A stretch of DNA of 64,000 nt, taken from positions 10,528 through 74,527 of the forward strand of contig DASZZH010000036.1 in assembly GCA_035543335.1 (NCBI GenBank). The letters are read 5' to 3'. The position numbers and the translations under genes are program-made. The notes under the pieces are model-generated. The model saw nothing but the letters and a program-made list of their open reading frames with translations, did no database searches and was not told where the DNA came from. The DNA is from Burkholderiales bacterium (GTDB lineage Bacteria > Pseudomonadota > Gammaproteobacteria > Burkholderiales > JAHFRG01). Of the stretch, positions 1 through 9,733 are shown piece after piece. The first letter of the stretch is position 1; every line of letters begins with the position of its first letter.

Positions 1-134
1 AATTCAAACAGCTGTTCCCGCGTGAGCAGATCCTTGAAACCCGGGAACGCATTTTTGATCAGCAGCGGTTGCTTTTGCCAATGCCGGCGCAGGAATTGTT
101 GCGGCGACAGGCCGCCGAGAAAAGTTTTTTTCAT
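1..134 (-). CDS. cupin-4/JmjC protein, ribosomal L16 Arg-hydroxylase (RoxA/YcfD)-like; N-terminal 44 codons only, runs off window
   Basis: Reverse-strand ATG at 134-132 reads MKKTFLGGLSPQQFLRRHWQKQPLLIKNAFPGFKDLLTREQLFE. The FLxRHWQKxP..L.K..F start is typical of YcfD-type cupins. Absent from the ORF track because it is cut by the window edge. Confidence 0.6.
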   Translation of the reverse strand, partial: MKKTFLGGLSPQQFLRRHWQKQPLLIKNAFPGFKDLLTREQLFE

Positions 135-324
135 GGTTACAGATTACCGTTCTGTCAAAACCATTTCAAGTTTCGTGAAATGCGCTAAGGTGGTGGTGGA
201 TGCTAACCACCCGCTTGCCGGGCAAACCCTCAATTTTTCCTGCACCGTCACCGAGGTGCGCGTCGTCACCCAGGAAGAAATCACTCACGGCCACGTGCAC
301 GGCGAGGGCGGGCATTATCATTAA
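133..324 (+). pseudogene. C-terminal relic of a SlyD/FKBP-type peptidyl-prolyl isomerase (63 codons from an ATG)
   Basis: Only VVVDANHPLAGQTLNFSCTVTEVRVVTQEEITHGHVHGEGGHYH resembles the SlyD C-terminus (last FKBP strands plus His-rich tail). The preceding residues have no FKBP/IF-domain similarity. The upstream DNA is occupied by the divergent cupin gene. Confidence 0.55.
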
Positions 325-328
325 GATA

Positions 329-2914
329 TTACTCGTCCAGTTTCTTTCTGATCTTATAAACGAGTTCCAGCGCTTGTTTCGGACTGAGTTGATCGGGGTC
401 AATTTCTCGCAGCAGCTGCCAGGCGGGATGTTCTGGCGCATGGGTTTCCGCTTGCGGTCGAGACGCGAATAAATCGCCTTGCGCATCTTTGCCCACACCT
501 TGTTGTTCAAGCTGCAACAAGTATTTTTTCGCTGATTTGATTACAGTATTCGGCACGCCGGCAAGTTGCGCCACTTGCAGGCCGTAACTTTGGCTGGCCG
601 GACCTTCCTCGACCGCGTGCAGAAAAACGATGTGGTCGCGGTGCTCGATGGCATCGAGATGCACATTGGCGACTTGCGGGTAATGCTGGGCAAGGCGAGT
701 GAGCTCGAAATAGTGCGTGGCGAAAAGAGTAAAAGAGCGGTTTTTTTCCAGCAGATGCGCGGCAATGGCCCACGCCAGTGCAAGTCCATCAAAAGTCGAA
801 GTGCCGCGGCCGATTTCATCCACCAGCACCAGGCTGTGCTCGGACGCATGATGCAGAATATTCGCCGCTTCGGTCATTTCCACCATGAAGGTGGAGCGCC
901 CGCCGGCAAGATCGTCAGAGCTGCCTATGCGCGTGAAGATTTGATCGATCGGGGTGATGACCGCGCTTTTCGCCGGCACGAACGAGCCGCAGTGGGCGAG
1001 CAATACAATCAACGCGGCCTGGCGCATGTAAGTGGATTTGCCGCCCATGTTGGGGCCGGTAATCAGGAGCATTTGCCGGTTGCGCGAAAGCCCGGTGCTG
1101 TTGGCGATGAAGTGCTCGACCTGCTTTTCCACCACCGGATGGCGGCCGTCCTCGATGAGAATTCCGGGCTCTTCGCTGAATTCAGGCAGGGTGTAGTTGA
1201 GGCTTGCCGCGCGTTCGGCAAAGGCGGCCAGTACATCTAATTCAGCGACCGCGGCGGCCACGCTTTGCAAAGTGGAAATGGAGGGAGCCAGCGCGTCCAG
1301 CAATGCGTCGTAAAGCTGCTTTTCCCGCGCCAATGCCCGCTCGGCGGCGGAAAGCGCCTTGTCCTCGAAGCTCTTCAGTTCCGGAGTGATAAAGCGCTCG
1401 GCGTTTTTCATGGTCTGGCGGCGGCGGTAATCGTCGGGCACGCGCTCCGCCTGCACGCGCGAAACCTCGATGTAAAAGCCGTGCACCTTGTTGTATTCCA
1501 CTTTCAGCGTGCTCAAGCCGGTGCGGCTCCGCTCGCGCGCTTCGAGCTGCATCAGGAACTCGCCGCAGTTGTTTGAAATGGCGCGCAGCTCATCGAGCTC
1601 TGTGTCATAGCCGTCGGCAATTACGCCGCCGTCCCGCAGCATTGCCGAGGGTTCGGCTTGCAGCGCGCGCTGCAAAAGACTCGCCAGCGCTTCAGGCACG
1701 TTAAGCGCCATCGAAAGCTCCGCAAGGCGCGGGCTGGAGAGAGAAGCAATACGCTCTTGCAGTTTCGGCAGCTGCTTCAGGCTGTCGCGCAGGCCGGAAA
1801 GGTCGCGCGGACGGGCGCTTTTGAGCGCGATGCGCGAAGTAATGCGCTCGATGTCGGCGCAATTCCTCAATATTTTGTGAGCGTTGCGGTAGATGGCGTC
1901 ACCGAGTAGTGAGGACACGGCCTGCAAACGCAATTTGATGGTTTCAGGATTGCGCAGCGGATGGTGCAGCCAGTGGCGCAGCAGGCGGCTGCCCATCCCC
2001 GTGGCGCAGGTGTCAAGCAGCGAAAGCAGCGTCGGCGCAGATTCGCCGCGAATGGTCTCGGAAATTTCCAGATTGCGGCGGGTCGAGGCATCCATGCGCA
2101 CGAAATCATCGCGGTGTTCGACTTGGATGGCGTTGACATGCGTAATGGCCGTGCCTTGGGCGGTTCTCGCGTATTCAAGCAGCGCGCCGGCGGAGGCAAC
2201 GCTTGCGTGCAGTCCGTCGCAGCCGAAACCGCTCAAATCGCGAGTGCCGAATTGCTTGCAAAGATTGCGTGTAGCCGTGTCGAAATCGAATTGCCACGGC
2301 GCGAGTCGCTTTACAGCGAGGCCGCAGTTTTCAAGCAGCGGATGCGAAAAACCATCGGGCAGCAGAATCTCGGAAGGCTGCAGGCGTTCCAGTTCGGAGG
2401 CGAGCTGGCTCTCGGGAATTTCCAGTACGCGCAAGCGGCCCGCGGCGAGATTAAGCCACGCCAGTCCCAACATCTTTGGTTGTGGAGCAATGGCCAGCAA
2501 AAGATTGTCGCGCTTTTCGTCGAGCAGGCCCGAATCGGTGAGCGTTCCCGGTGTGATGATGCGCATGACTTTGCGTTCGACCGGTCCCTTGGCTTGCGCC
2601 GGGTCGCCGATCTGCTCGCAGATGGCCACCGATTCGCCCAGCTTGATGAGCCTGGCGAGATATTGCTCCAGCGAATGATAAGGGACGCCGGCCATCTTCA
2701 CCGGGCTCCCCGCCGATTCGCCGCGGCTGGTGAGCGTGATGTCGAGAAGCCGCGCCGCTTTTTCCGCGTCGTCGTAAAACAATTCATAAAAATCCCCCAT
2801 GCGGTAGAACACCAGCATGTGCGGATAGTCCGCCTTGATGCGCAGGTACTGCTGCATCATCGGCGTGTGCCCAGTGTGTTTTGCGTTCCGGGTTTCGAGT
2901 TCTGGTTTGTTCAT
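329..2914 (-). CDS. mutS: DNA mismatch repair protein MutS
   Basis: ORF 329..3484 trimmed to the internal ATG at 2914. [50 protein letters not shown] is the canonical MutS N-terminus, and the Walker [10 protein letters not shown] is present. The 190 upstream codons are Arg-rich and overlap suhB. Confidence 0.97.
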   Translation of the reverse strand: MNKPELETRNAKHTGHTPMMQQYLRIKADYPHMLVFYRMGDFYELFYDDAEKAARLLDITLTSRGESAGSPVKMAGVPYHSLEQYLARLIKLGESVAICEQIGDPAQAKGPVERKVMRIITPGTLTDSGLLDEKRDNLLLAIAPQPKMLGLAWLNLAAGRLRVLEIPESQLASELERLQPSEILLPDGFSHPLLENCGLAVKRLAPWQFDFDTATRNLCKQFGTRDLSGFGCDGLHASVASAGALLEYARTAQGTAITHVNAIQVEHRDDFVRMDASTRRNLEISETIRGESAPTLLSLLDTCATGMGSRLLRHWLHHPLRNPETIKLRLQAVSSLLGDAIYRNAHKILRNCADIERITSRIALKSARPRDLSGLRDSLKQLPKLQERIASLSSPRLAELSMALNVPEALASLLQRALQAEPSAMLRDGGVIADGYDTELDELRAISNNCGEFLMQLEARERSRTGLSTLKVEYNKVHGFYIEVSRVQAERVPDDYRRRQTMKNAERFITPELKSFEDKALSAAERALAREKQLYDALLDALAPSISTLQSVAAAVAELDVLAAFAERAASLNYTLPEFSEEPGILIEDGRHPVVEKQVEHFIANSTGLSRNRQMLLITGPNMGGKSTYMRQAALIVLLAHCGSFVPAKSAVITPIDQIFTRIGSSDDLAGGRSTFMVEMTEAANILHHASEHSLVLVDEIGRGTSTFDGLALAWAIAAHLLEKNRSFTLFATHYFELTRLAQHYPQVANVHLDAIEHRDHIVFLHAVEEGPASQSYGLQVAQLAGVPNTVIKSAKKYLLQLEQQGVGKDAQGDLFASRPQAETHAPEHPAWQLLREIDPDQLSPKQALELVYKIRKKLDE

Positions 2915-2928
2915 TTCCGAACGGAGGT

Positions 2929-3717
2929 TCAAGCCAAAGGCAAATGCGGTGCGAGGATTTTGATGAGCTGCCCGAAGATTTTCGGATTGCCGGCGACCAC
3001 GTTGCCGCTTTCGAGATAACCGTCGTTGCCCTCGAAATCGCCGATCAGCCCGCCGGATTCCTGAATGAGCAGGCTCCCCGCCGCGATGTCCCACGGGCTC
3101 AAGCCGATCTCCCAGAAGCCGTCCAATCGTCCCGCCGCGACATAGGCGAGATCCAGCGAGGCCGCGCCGGGGCGGCGCACGCCGGCGGTATTTTTCATCA
3201 GGTCGCGGAACATCGCGAGATAAGTCTCGAGATGTCTTAACTCGCGGAATGGAAAGCCGGTGCCGATCAGCGAATCGGCAAGCTTGATGCGCTTGCTCAC
3301 GCGCAGCCGCCGGTCGTTGAGATACGCGCCGCGCCCGCGGCTGGCGGTGAACAGCTCGTTGCGCCCGGGGTCGTACACCACGGCTTGAGTCAGCACCTTT
3401 TTGTGCATGAAGGCGATGGACACCGCGTATTGTGGATAGCCGTGCAGGAAATTGGTGGTGCCGTCGAGCGGATCGATAATCCACAGGTTGTCGGAGTCGC
3501 CCTGAGGACCGCTTTCTTCTGCTAGAATCGCGTGCTCCGGATAAGAGTCTTTCAACACACCGATAATCGCCTGTTCCGCCGCGCGGTCCACTTCGCTCAC
3601 GAGATCGTTGAAGGTTTTGTGCTTGACGGTCAGCAGGTCAAGGTTGAGCGATGCGCGATTGATGAGGTGGCCTGCGCGGCGCGCGGCCCTCACCGCGATA
3701 GTGAGCATGGGGTGCAT
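2929..3717 (-). CDS. suhB: inositol monophosphatase family protein SuhB
   Basis: 262 aa with [15 protein letters not shown] and other IMPase motifs. Divergent from trmJ, as in E. coli. Confidence 0.93.
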   Translation of the reverse strand: MHPMLTIAVRAARRAGHLINRASLNLDLLTVKHKTFNDLVSEVDRAAEQAIIGVLKDSYPEHAILAEESGPQGDSDNLWIIDPLDGTTNFLHGYPQYAVSIAFMHKKVLTQAVVYDPGRNELFTASRGRGAYLNDRRLRVSKRIKLADSLIGTGFPFRELRHLETYLAMFRDLMKNTAGVRRPGAASLDLAYVAAGRLDGFWEIGLSPWDIAAGSLLIQESGGLIGDFEGNDGYLESGNVVAGNPKIFGQLIKILAPHLPLA

Positions 3718-3783
3718 GGCTAAACTTTAGGATTCAGGAATCAGGACTTGGGATTTTAGAGTTCAGGAAAGTGTGATTTTAAT

Positions 3784-4503
3784 ATGAACGGGTCAAACCC
3801 GCTTGATAACGTTCGCATAGTATTAAGCCACACCCGTCACCCCGGCAACATCGGCGCCGCCGCGCGTGCCATGAAGACCATGGGCCTGGGTTCGCTTTAC
3901 CTCGTTAATCCCGGGCGCTTCCCCGACCGTGAAGCGGACGCCCTGGCTTCGGGCGCGCTGGATCTGCTGGGCGCAGCGCGCGTTTGCGCGTCTCTCGACG
4001 AGGCGCTTTCCGGCACAGTGCTTGCGGCCGCGCTTACCGCGCGGCCAAGAGAGCTTTCACACGCGGCACATAACCCAAGAGAAGCCGCGGGGATCCTGCT
4101 TGGAGAGGCCAGGCGCTCGCCGGTCGCAATGGTGTTCGGCAGCGAAATGTCGGGCTTGAGCAACGAGGAGATCATCAAATGCCGGATGGTAGTGCAGATT
4201 TCGGCGAATCCTCAATATTCGTCGCTCAATCTCGCCGCAGCGGTGCAGGTGATGTGTTATGAATTGCGCCTCGCGGCCGTGGAAAAAGAGCGTCCGCAGC
4301 AAACGGAATTCGAACCGGCAAGCTTTGAGGAAATCGAGATGTTTTATCATCATCTCGAGGAGGTCATGATAGCCACAGGATTCATGAATCCCGAACAGCC
4401 GAAGCGGCTGATGGAAAGGCTGCGCCGCCTGTTTGGCCGGGCGCACCTGGAAAAAGAAGAAGTCAACCTCCTCAGGGGGATTTTGAAGTCGTTGCAAAAA
4501 TAG
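3784..4503 (+). CDS. trmJ: tRNA (cytidine/uridine-2'-O)-methyltransferase TrmJ (SpoU/TrmH family)
   Basis: NVRIVLSHTRHPGNIGAAARAMKTMG, FGSEMSGLSNEE and SLNLAAAVQV SPOUT motifs. Conserved position between suhB and the iscR locus. Confidence 0.9.
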   Translation: MNGSNPLDNVRIVLSHTRHPGNIGAAARAMKTMGLGSLYLVNPGRFPDREADALASGALDLLGAARVCASLDEALSGTVLAAALTARPRELSHAAHNPREAAGILLGEARRSPVAMVFGSEMSGLSNEEIIKCRMVVQISANPQYSSLNLAAAVQVMCYELRLAAVEKERPQQTEFEPASFEEIEMFYHHLEEVMIATGFMNPEQPKRLMERLRRLFGRAHLEKEEVNLLRGILKSLQK

Positions 4504-4524
4504 TTGACTGTTTTAGTAGGATAT
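4500..4524 (+). promoter_or_regulatory. IscR type-1-like box upstream of cysE
   Basis: ATAGTTGACTGTTTTAGTAGGATAT matches 23/25 positions of the E. coli type-1 IscR motif as I recall it (ATASYYGACTRWWWYAGTCRRSTAT). TTGACT plus 17 nt plus TAAACT gives an overlapping sigma-70-like promoter. Confidence 0.55.
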
Positions 4525-4564
4525 AGTAAACTGATGCTTCTTAAGGTAAATTGGGCTGAGTAAA

Positions 4565-5317
4565 ATGTTCGAACAAATCAAGGAAGACCTCGCCTGCGTA
4601 TTCGAGCGCGACCCCGCGGCGCGCACCACCTGGGAAGTCATCACCTGCTATCCCGGCTTTCATGCCCTGCTGTTTCACAAATTCGCGCACGGGTTGTGGA
4701 ACGCCGATCTCAAATGGCTGGGGCGGCTGGTTTCGCATTTTTCGCGCTGGGTGACTGGCATCGAAATTCATCCGGGAGCGAAAATCGGCCGCCGAGTGTT
4801 CATCGACCACGGCATGGGCGTGGTGATCGGCGAGACTTCGGAAATCGGCGACGACTGCACGCTCTACCACGGCGTGACTCTGGGCGGCACCTCGTGGAAC
4901 AAGGGCAAGCGCCATCCCACTCTTGGCAAGGGAGTGGTGGCGGGCGCGGGCGCGAAAATCCTCGGGCCGATTTTGATTGGAGACGGCGCGAGAATCGGCT
5001 CGAACGCGGTGGTGGTGAAAGAAGTTCCGCCCGGTGCGACCGTGGTCGGCATTCCCGGGCGCATTGTCGACGGCGAGCAGGAAAAGGCGCGTGCCGAGGT
5101 GGCGGAAAAAATGGGTTTCTCCGCTTATGGTTTAAGCCGGGACGAAAACGATCCGGTGGCGAAAGCCATCCATGGTTTGCTGGACCACACGGTCACCATC
5201 GACCAGCGCATCGAGTGCATCGTCAAGGAATTGGAAAAACTCGGCGCAAAAGTCGAGGACGAGCGCGCTACTGCCGACAAATTCGATCCGAATTACCTGA
5301 ACAAAATAGTGGACTGA
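4565..5317 (+). CDS. cysE: serine O-acetyltransferase
   Basis: 250 aa. FERDPAA...[17 protein letters not shown] and the hexapeptide-repeat core [44 protein letters not shown]. Confidence 0.95.
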   Translation: MFEQIKEDLACVFERDPAARTTWEVITCYPGFHALLFHKFAHGLWNADLKWLGRLVSHFSRWVTGIEIHPGAKIGRRVFIDHGMGVVIGETSEIGDDCTLYHGVTLGGTSWNKGKRHPTLGKGVVAGAGAKILGPILIGDGARIGSNAVVVKEVPPGATVVGIPGRIVDGEQEKARAEVAEKMGFSAYGLSRDENDPVAKAIHGLLDHTVTIDQRIECIVKELEKLGAKVEDERATADKFDPNYLNKIVD

Positions 5318-5333
5318 AACGTTCGGGTATTGT

Positions 5334-5358
5334 ATAGTTGACAAATTTAATCAGGTAT
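5334..5358 (+). promoter_or_regulatory. IscR type-1-like box upstream of iscR (autoregulation)
   Basis: ATAGTTGACAAATTTAATCAGGTAT matches 23/25 positions of the recalled type-1 consensus. It lies 26 nt upstream of the iscR ATG. Confidence 0.6.
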
Positions 5359-5383
5359 TTGGCATGCCACGGAAGGTGAGCCT

Positions 5384-5854
5384 ATGCGATTGACAACCAA
5401 GGGACGTTTTGCGGTCACGGCGATGATCGATCTGGCGATGCGCCACGGCGGCGGGCCGGTGACGCTCTCCGAAATCAGCGAGCGCCAGAAAATTTCTCTC
5501 TCGTATCTTGAGCAGCTGTTCGGAAAACTACGCCGTCATGCGCTGGTGGACAGCGTGCGCGGCCCCGGCGGCGGCTATTGCCTCGCCAAAAAAATCGACG
5601 AAGTGTCGATCGCGGACATCATTCTGGCGGTGGATGAGCCGATCGACGCCACCCGATGCGGCGGCAAGGAAAACTGCCACGACGAGCACAAGTGCCTCAC
5701 CCACGATTTATGGGCTTCGCTCAACGACCGCATCTTCGATTACCTGCAATCAGTGAAGCTCTCGCAGCTGGTGGTGAGCCAGAAAACTGGCAATGTTGCG
5801 GTGATGCGCGACCAGCACAAGCACAAGAAAAGCGAGCCTGTGGTCTCCGCGTAA
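5384..5854 (+). CDS. iscR: Fe-S cluster assembly transcriptional regulator IscR (Rrf2 family)
   Basis: MRLTTKGRFAVTAMIDLA...SLSYLEQLFGKLRR HTH, plus three cluster-ligand Cys in ATRCGGKENCHDEHKCLTHDLW. RBS GGAAGGTGAG. Confidence 0.93.
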   Translation: MRLTTKGRFAVTAMIDLAMRHGGGPVTLSEISERQKISLSYLEQLFGKLRRHALVDSVRGPGGGYCLAKKIDEVSIADIILAVDEPIDATRCGGKENCHDEHKCLTHDLWASLNDRIFDYLQSVKLSQLVVSQKTGNVAVMRDQHKHKKSEPVVSA

Positions 5855-5860
5855 AACGGC

Positions 5861-7009
5861 ATGAATCTCCCGGTTTATTTTGATCACAACGCCACTACGC
5901 CGGTGGATACCCGCGTGCTGGAAGCGATGCGGCCGTACTTCACTACGTATTACGGCAACGCCTCCAGCCGCCATGAATACGGCACGCAGGCGCGTAAAGC
6001 CATCAATCGCGCCCGCGAGCAAGTGGCGGCTGCCGTCAAGGTGGAGCCTTCGCAAGTTTTTTTTGTAAGCGGCGGGACGGAAGCAAACAACACCTTCATC
6101 AAGGGTGCGGCGGCGCAGTTAAAGCCGACGCAAATTGCGGTGAGCAGCATCGAACATCCCTGTGTAGCCAAGCCGGCGCAGGAACTTGCCCGTCAAGGCT
6201 GGAAGCTGCACAAATTCGCCGTGGATGGCGAGGGAAGGGTTGATCTTGCCGATGTGGAAGCCGCGCTCGCGCAGCCGACCGGCATCGTGTCGGTGATGCT
6301 CGCCAACAACGAAACCGGCGTGATTCAGGAGGTGGCGGTGGTGGCGGAAAAGGCGAGAAAACAGAAAACCTGGATGCATACCGACGCGGTGCAGGCTTTC
6401 GGCAAGATCGCGGTGGATTTCAGCGCGCTTAACGTGCAGGCGATGACGATTTCGGCGCACAAGATTTACGGCCCCAAGGGCGCGGCGGCGCTGATTCTGG
6501 ATAAACGCATTGAATTGAAACCGCTGCTGACGGGCGGCGGGCATGAAAAGGGTTTGCGCTCTGGCACCGAGAACGTGCCGGCGATAGTCGGTTTCGGCGC
6601 GGCCTGCGAGCTTGCGCAAAGCCGTTTGCAAAATCTCTCGGCGCAATCGGGCGCGCTGCGCGAGAAATTGGAACAGGGCCTGCGCGGAATGAACGCGCTG
6701 CTGTTTGGCGCCAATGCTGCGCGGCTTTCCAACACCAGCTATTTCGCTTTTCCCGGCATCGACGGCGAGACGCTGGTCATCGAGCTCGACAAGGCGGGCT
6801 TTGCGGCTTCCAGCGGCTCGGCATGCTCCAGCGTCGGCCATGAGCCCAGCCCGACGCTGATTGCAATGGGCGTGGCGCCCGAGCTGGCGAAGAGCGCGAT
6901 GCGCGTAAGCCTGGGCAAGGACAACAGCATGGCGCAGGTTGAGGAATTTTTACACACGCTGCAGACGGTGCTCATGAAGCTGAAACGTCTGGTGGCGGTT
7001 GCGGTCTGA
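5861..7009 (+). CDS. class I (NifS/IscS-type) cysteine desulfurase, short 382-aa form
   Basis: MNLPVYFDHNATTPVD, SGGTEANN, SAHKIYGPKG (PLP Lys) and SSGSACSS (active-site Cys loop). It lacks the roughly 20-aa C-terminal tail of 404-aa IscS. Confidence 0.9.
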   Translation: MNLPVYFDHNATTPVDTRVLEAMRPYFTTYYGNASSRHEYGTQARKAINRAREQVAAAVKVEPSQVFFVSGGTEANNTFIKGAAAQLKPTQIAVSSIEHPCVAKPAQELARQGWKLHKFAVDGEGRVDLADVEAALAQPTGIVSVMLANNETGVIQEVAVVAEKARKQKTWMHTDAVQAFGKIAVDFSALNVQAMTISAHKIYGPKGAAALILDKRIELKPLLTGGGHEKGLRSGTENVPAIVGFGAACELAQSRLQNLSAQSGALREKLEQGLRGMNALLFGANAARLSNTSYFAFPGIDGETLVIELDKAGFAASSGSACSSVGHEPSPTLIAMGVAPELAKSAMRVSLGKDNSMAQVEEFLHTLQTVLMKLKRLVAVAV

Positions 7010-7042
7010 CACTTGAATACGAATGAAGGAGTAATGGCAAAG

Positions 7043-7366
7043 ATGGCAATCACTCTGACTGAGAATGCGGCAACCCATATTAAAAAAGTTCTCGCCAAGC
7101 ACGGCAGCGGCATGGCGTTGCGCCTGGGCGTGAAAAAAGTCGGTTGTTCGGGCCTGGCTTACACCTTTGATTACGCCGACGCGGTGGGAGAGCGCGACCA
7201 GCTGTTCGAGTCGCACGACGCCAAGGTGGTGGTGGATGCGGAGAGCCTGCCTTATCTGGACGGTTCGGTGCTGGATTTCGTCAAGGACGGCTTCAAGGAA
7301 GTGTTCAAGTTCGACAATCCCAACATCAAAGACCAGTGCGGGTGCGGGGAAAGCTTCAGTGTTTAA
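7043..7366 (+). CDS. A-type Fe-S carrier (IscA/SufA/ErpA, HesB family)
   Basis: MAITLTENAATHIKKVL...VKKVGCSGLAY...CGCGESFSV carries the three conserved Cys. Start chosen at the ATG 12 nt after GAAGGAG; the ORF opens at TTG 7013. Confidence 0.9.
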   Translation: MAITLTENAATHIKKVLAKHGSGMALRLGVKKVGCSGLAYTFDYADAVGERDQLFESHDAKVVVDAESLPYLDGSVLDFVKDGFKEVFKFDNPNIKDQCGCGESFSV

Positions 7367-7418
7367 CGCATCCTTCGCTTGATGCGGTTCCGCAATTTAC
7401 CAGCATAGGGGCAAATGA

Positions 7419-7443
7419 ATAGTTGACTGAATTTGTCAGGTAT
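7419..7443 (+). promoter_or_regulatory. IscR type-1-like box, distal site upstream of sufB
   Basis: ATAGTTGACTGAATTTGTCAGGTAT matches 24/25 positions of the recalled consensus. TTGACT plus 17 nt plus TAAACT is the same promoter architecture as at cysE. Confidence 0.65.
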
Positions 7444-7455
7444 AATAAACTGTAA

Positions 7456-7480
7456 ATAGTTGAGTAAATAACTCGGGAAT
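7456..7480 (+). promoter_or_regulatory. IscR type-1-like box, proximal site upstream of sufB
   Basis: ATAGTTGAGTAAATAACTCGGGAAT matches 21/25 positions and resembles the E. coli iscR promoter site (..TTGACC.ATTTACTCGGGAAT, from memory). It lies 12 nt after the distal site. Confidence 0.5.
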
Positions 7481-7504
7481 AAAGAGCTTTAAAATCATGG
7501 ATTA

Positions 7505-8947
7505 ATGCAAATGGGCGCTACTCTAGAAACACTGGTTAACCAGCCTTATAAACACGGCTTCGTCACCTCGATCGAGTCAGAGATTATCCCCAAGGGGTTG
7601 AGCGAAGACGTGATCCGGATGATTTCGAAGAAAAAGAATGAACCGGAGTGGATGCTGGAATTCAGGCTCAACGCCTATCGCCACTGGCTCACCATGCGCG
7701 AGCCACACTGGGCCACTGTGCGCTATCCGAAACTCGACTACCAGGACATTATTTATTACTCCGCGCCCAAGCCGAAGAAGCAGCTTGCGAGTATGGATGA
7801 AGTGGATCCAGAATTGCGGCGCACCTTTGAGAAACTGGGCGTGCCCTTGCACGAGCAGAAGGCGCTGGCGGGCGTCGCGGTGGACGTGGTATTCGACAGC
7901 GTTTCCGTCGCCACGACTTATAAAAAGAAGCTGGCCGAGATCGGCATCGTTTTCTGCTCCTTCTCCGAAGCGGTGCAGGAACATCCCGGGCTGGTGAGGA
8001 AATATCTGGGCAGCGTGGTGCCGCCCACCGACAATTTCTTCGCTTCGCTCAATTCCGCGGTGTTCACCGACGGCTCGTTCTGTTTCATCCCCAAGGGTAC
8101 CAAGTGCCCGATGGATTTGAGCACTTATTTCCGCATCAACACCCAGGATTCAGGGCAGTTTGAGCGCACGCTGATTATCGCCGAAGAGGGCGCCTCGGTG
8201 TCCTATCTCGAAGGCTGTACCGCCCCGAAATTTGACACCAACCAGCTGCACGCCGCGGTGGTGGAATTAATCGCGCTCGACAACGCTGAAATCAAATACT
8301 CTACCGTGCAGAACTGGTATGCGGGAGATGAAAACGGCGTGGGCGGCGTTTACAACTTCGTGACCAAGCGGGGCCTGTGCAAGGGCGTGAATTCGAAAAT
8401 TTCGTGGACGCAGGTGGAAACCGGCTCGGCGATCACCTGGAAATATCCGTCGTGCGTTTTACTGGGCGACCATTCCATCGGCGAGTTTTATTCGGTTGCG
8501 CTCACCAATCACCTGCAGCAGGCCGACACCGGGACCAAGATGACGCACATCGGCAAAAACACCCGCAGCCGCATCATCAGCAAGGGCATTTCCGCGGGGC
8601 GCTCCAGCAACAGCTACCGCGGGCAGGTGAAAGTCGGCCCCCGCGCGCATAACGCGCGCAATTATTCGCAGTGCGATTCGATGCTGATCGGTTCCACCTG
8701 CAGCGCCAACACATTTCCCTATATCGACGTGCAGAATAACAGCGGCAAGGTGGAGCACGAGGCGTCCACCTCCAAAATCGGCGAAGACCAGCTCTTCTAT
8801 TTCGCCCAGCGCGGCATCGGCGCCGAAGAGGCGGTCTCCATGATCATCAACGGCTTCTGCAAGGACGTGTTCAATCAATTGCCGATGGAATTCGCGGTCG
8901 AGGCGACCAAGCTCCTCGGCCTGAAACTGGAAGGAAGCGTGGGGTGA
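7505..8947 (+). CDS. sufB: Fe-S cluster assembly scaffold SufB
   Basis: 480 aa with typical SufB sequence throughout ([21 protein letters not shown]...[28 protein letters not shown]). Confidence 0.97.
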   Translation: MQMGATLETLVNQPYKHGFVTSIESEIIPKGLSEDVIRMISKKKNEPEWMLEFRLNAYRHWLTMREPHWATVRYPKLDYQDIIYYSAPKPKKQLASMDEVDPELRRTFEKLGVPLHEQKALAGVAVDVVFDSVSVATTYKKKLAEIGIVFCSFSEAVQEHPGLVRKYLGSVVPPTDNFFASLNSAVFTDGSFCFIPKGTKCPMDLSTYFRINTQDSGQFERTLIIAEEGASVSYLEGCTAPKFDTNQLHAAVVELIALDNAEIKYSTVQNWYAGDENGVGGVYNFVTKRGLCKGVNSKISWTQVETGSAITWKYPSCVLLGDHSIGEFYSVALTNHLQQADTGTKMTHIGKNTRSRIISKGISAGRSSNSYRGQVKVGPRAHNARNYSQCDSMLIGSTCSANTFPYIDVQNNSGKVEHEASTSKIGEDQLFYFAQRGIGAEEAVSMIINGFCKDVFNQLPMEFAVEATKLLGLKLEGSVG

Positions 8948-9726
8948 TCAACAAGAACAGCAAAGTCCTGCTTGAAGTCAAAAGTCTTTCCGCTCAGGTC
9001 GGCGGCCGGGACATACTCAAGGGCATCAACCTTATCGTGAAGGCGGGCGAAGTGCACACCATCATGGGGCCGAACGGCTCGGGCAAAAGCACTTTCGCCA
9101 AAACGCTGGCGGGCCATTCCGACTACAACGTGACTGGCGGCGAAGTGCGTTATGAAGGAAAAAATCTTCTGGAGATGGCGCCGGAAGAGCGTGCCCGCTC
9201 GGGACTCTTTCTCGCCTTCCAGTATCCGATAGAAATTCCCGGCGTGAGCAACAGTGCTTTTCTGCGGCTCGCCTACAACACGGTGCAGGCGGCGCGCGGC
9301 GGGGAAGAACTCGATCCGCTGGAATTCGATGATTTCGTGCGCGAGAAAATCAAGATCGTGGGAATGGATCCGAGCTTTCTCGACCGAAGCGTCAACGAAG
9401 GTTTTTCCGGCGGCGAGAAAAAACGCAACGAAATCGTGCAAATGGCGGTACTGCAACCGAAGCTGGCGGTGCTGGATGAGACCGACTCCGGACTCGACAT
9501 CGACGCGCTGAAAATCGTGGCGAACGGCGTCAACCGCCTCGCCCATGCAGACAACGCGATTGTGCTGGTCACGCACTATCAGCGGCTCCTCAACTATATC
9601 GTGCCCGACTACGTGCATGTGATGGAAGGCGGGCAAATCATCAAAACCGGAGGCAAGCAGCTGGCGCTGGAGCTCGAAACCCGCGGCTACGACTGGGTGC
9701 GCGCCGAATCTGAACTCGCGGCGTAA
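8944..9726 (+). CDS. sufC: Fe-S cluster assembly ATPase SufC
   Basis: GTG overlaps the sufB stop (GTGA). Walker [10 protein letters not shown], signature [11 protein letters not shown], Walker [12 protein letters not shown]. Confidence 0.97.
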   Translation: MINKNSKVLLEVKSLSAQVGGRDILKGINLIVKAGEVHTIMGPNGSGKSTFAKTLAGHSDYNVTGGEVRYEGKNLLEMAPEERARSGLFLAFQYPIEIPGVSNSAFLRLAYNTVQAARGGEELDPLEFDDFVREKIKIVGMDPSFLDRSVNEGFSGGEKKRNEIVQMAVLQPKLAVLDETDSGLDIDALKIVANGVNRLAHADNAIVLVTHYQRLLNYIVPDYVHVMEGGQIIKTGGKQLALELETRGYDWVRAESELAA

Positions 9727-9733
9727 GGCTGAC

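Noticed and set aside
2915-3484. 190-codon N-terminal extension of the mutS ORF (track ORF 329..3484)
   Set aside because: The extension is Arg/Pro-rich nonsense and overlaps suhB (2929-3717) in another frame. The canonical MutS N-terminus begins at the ATG at 2914.
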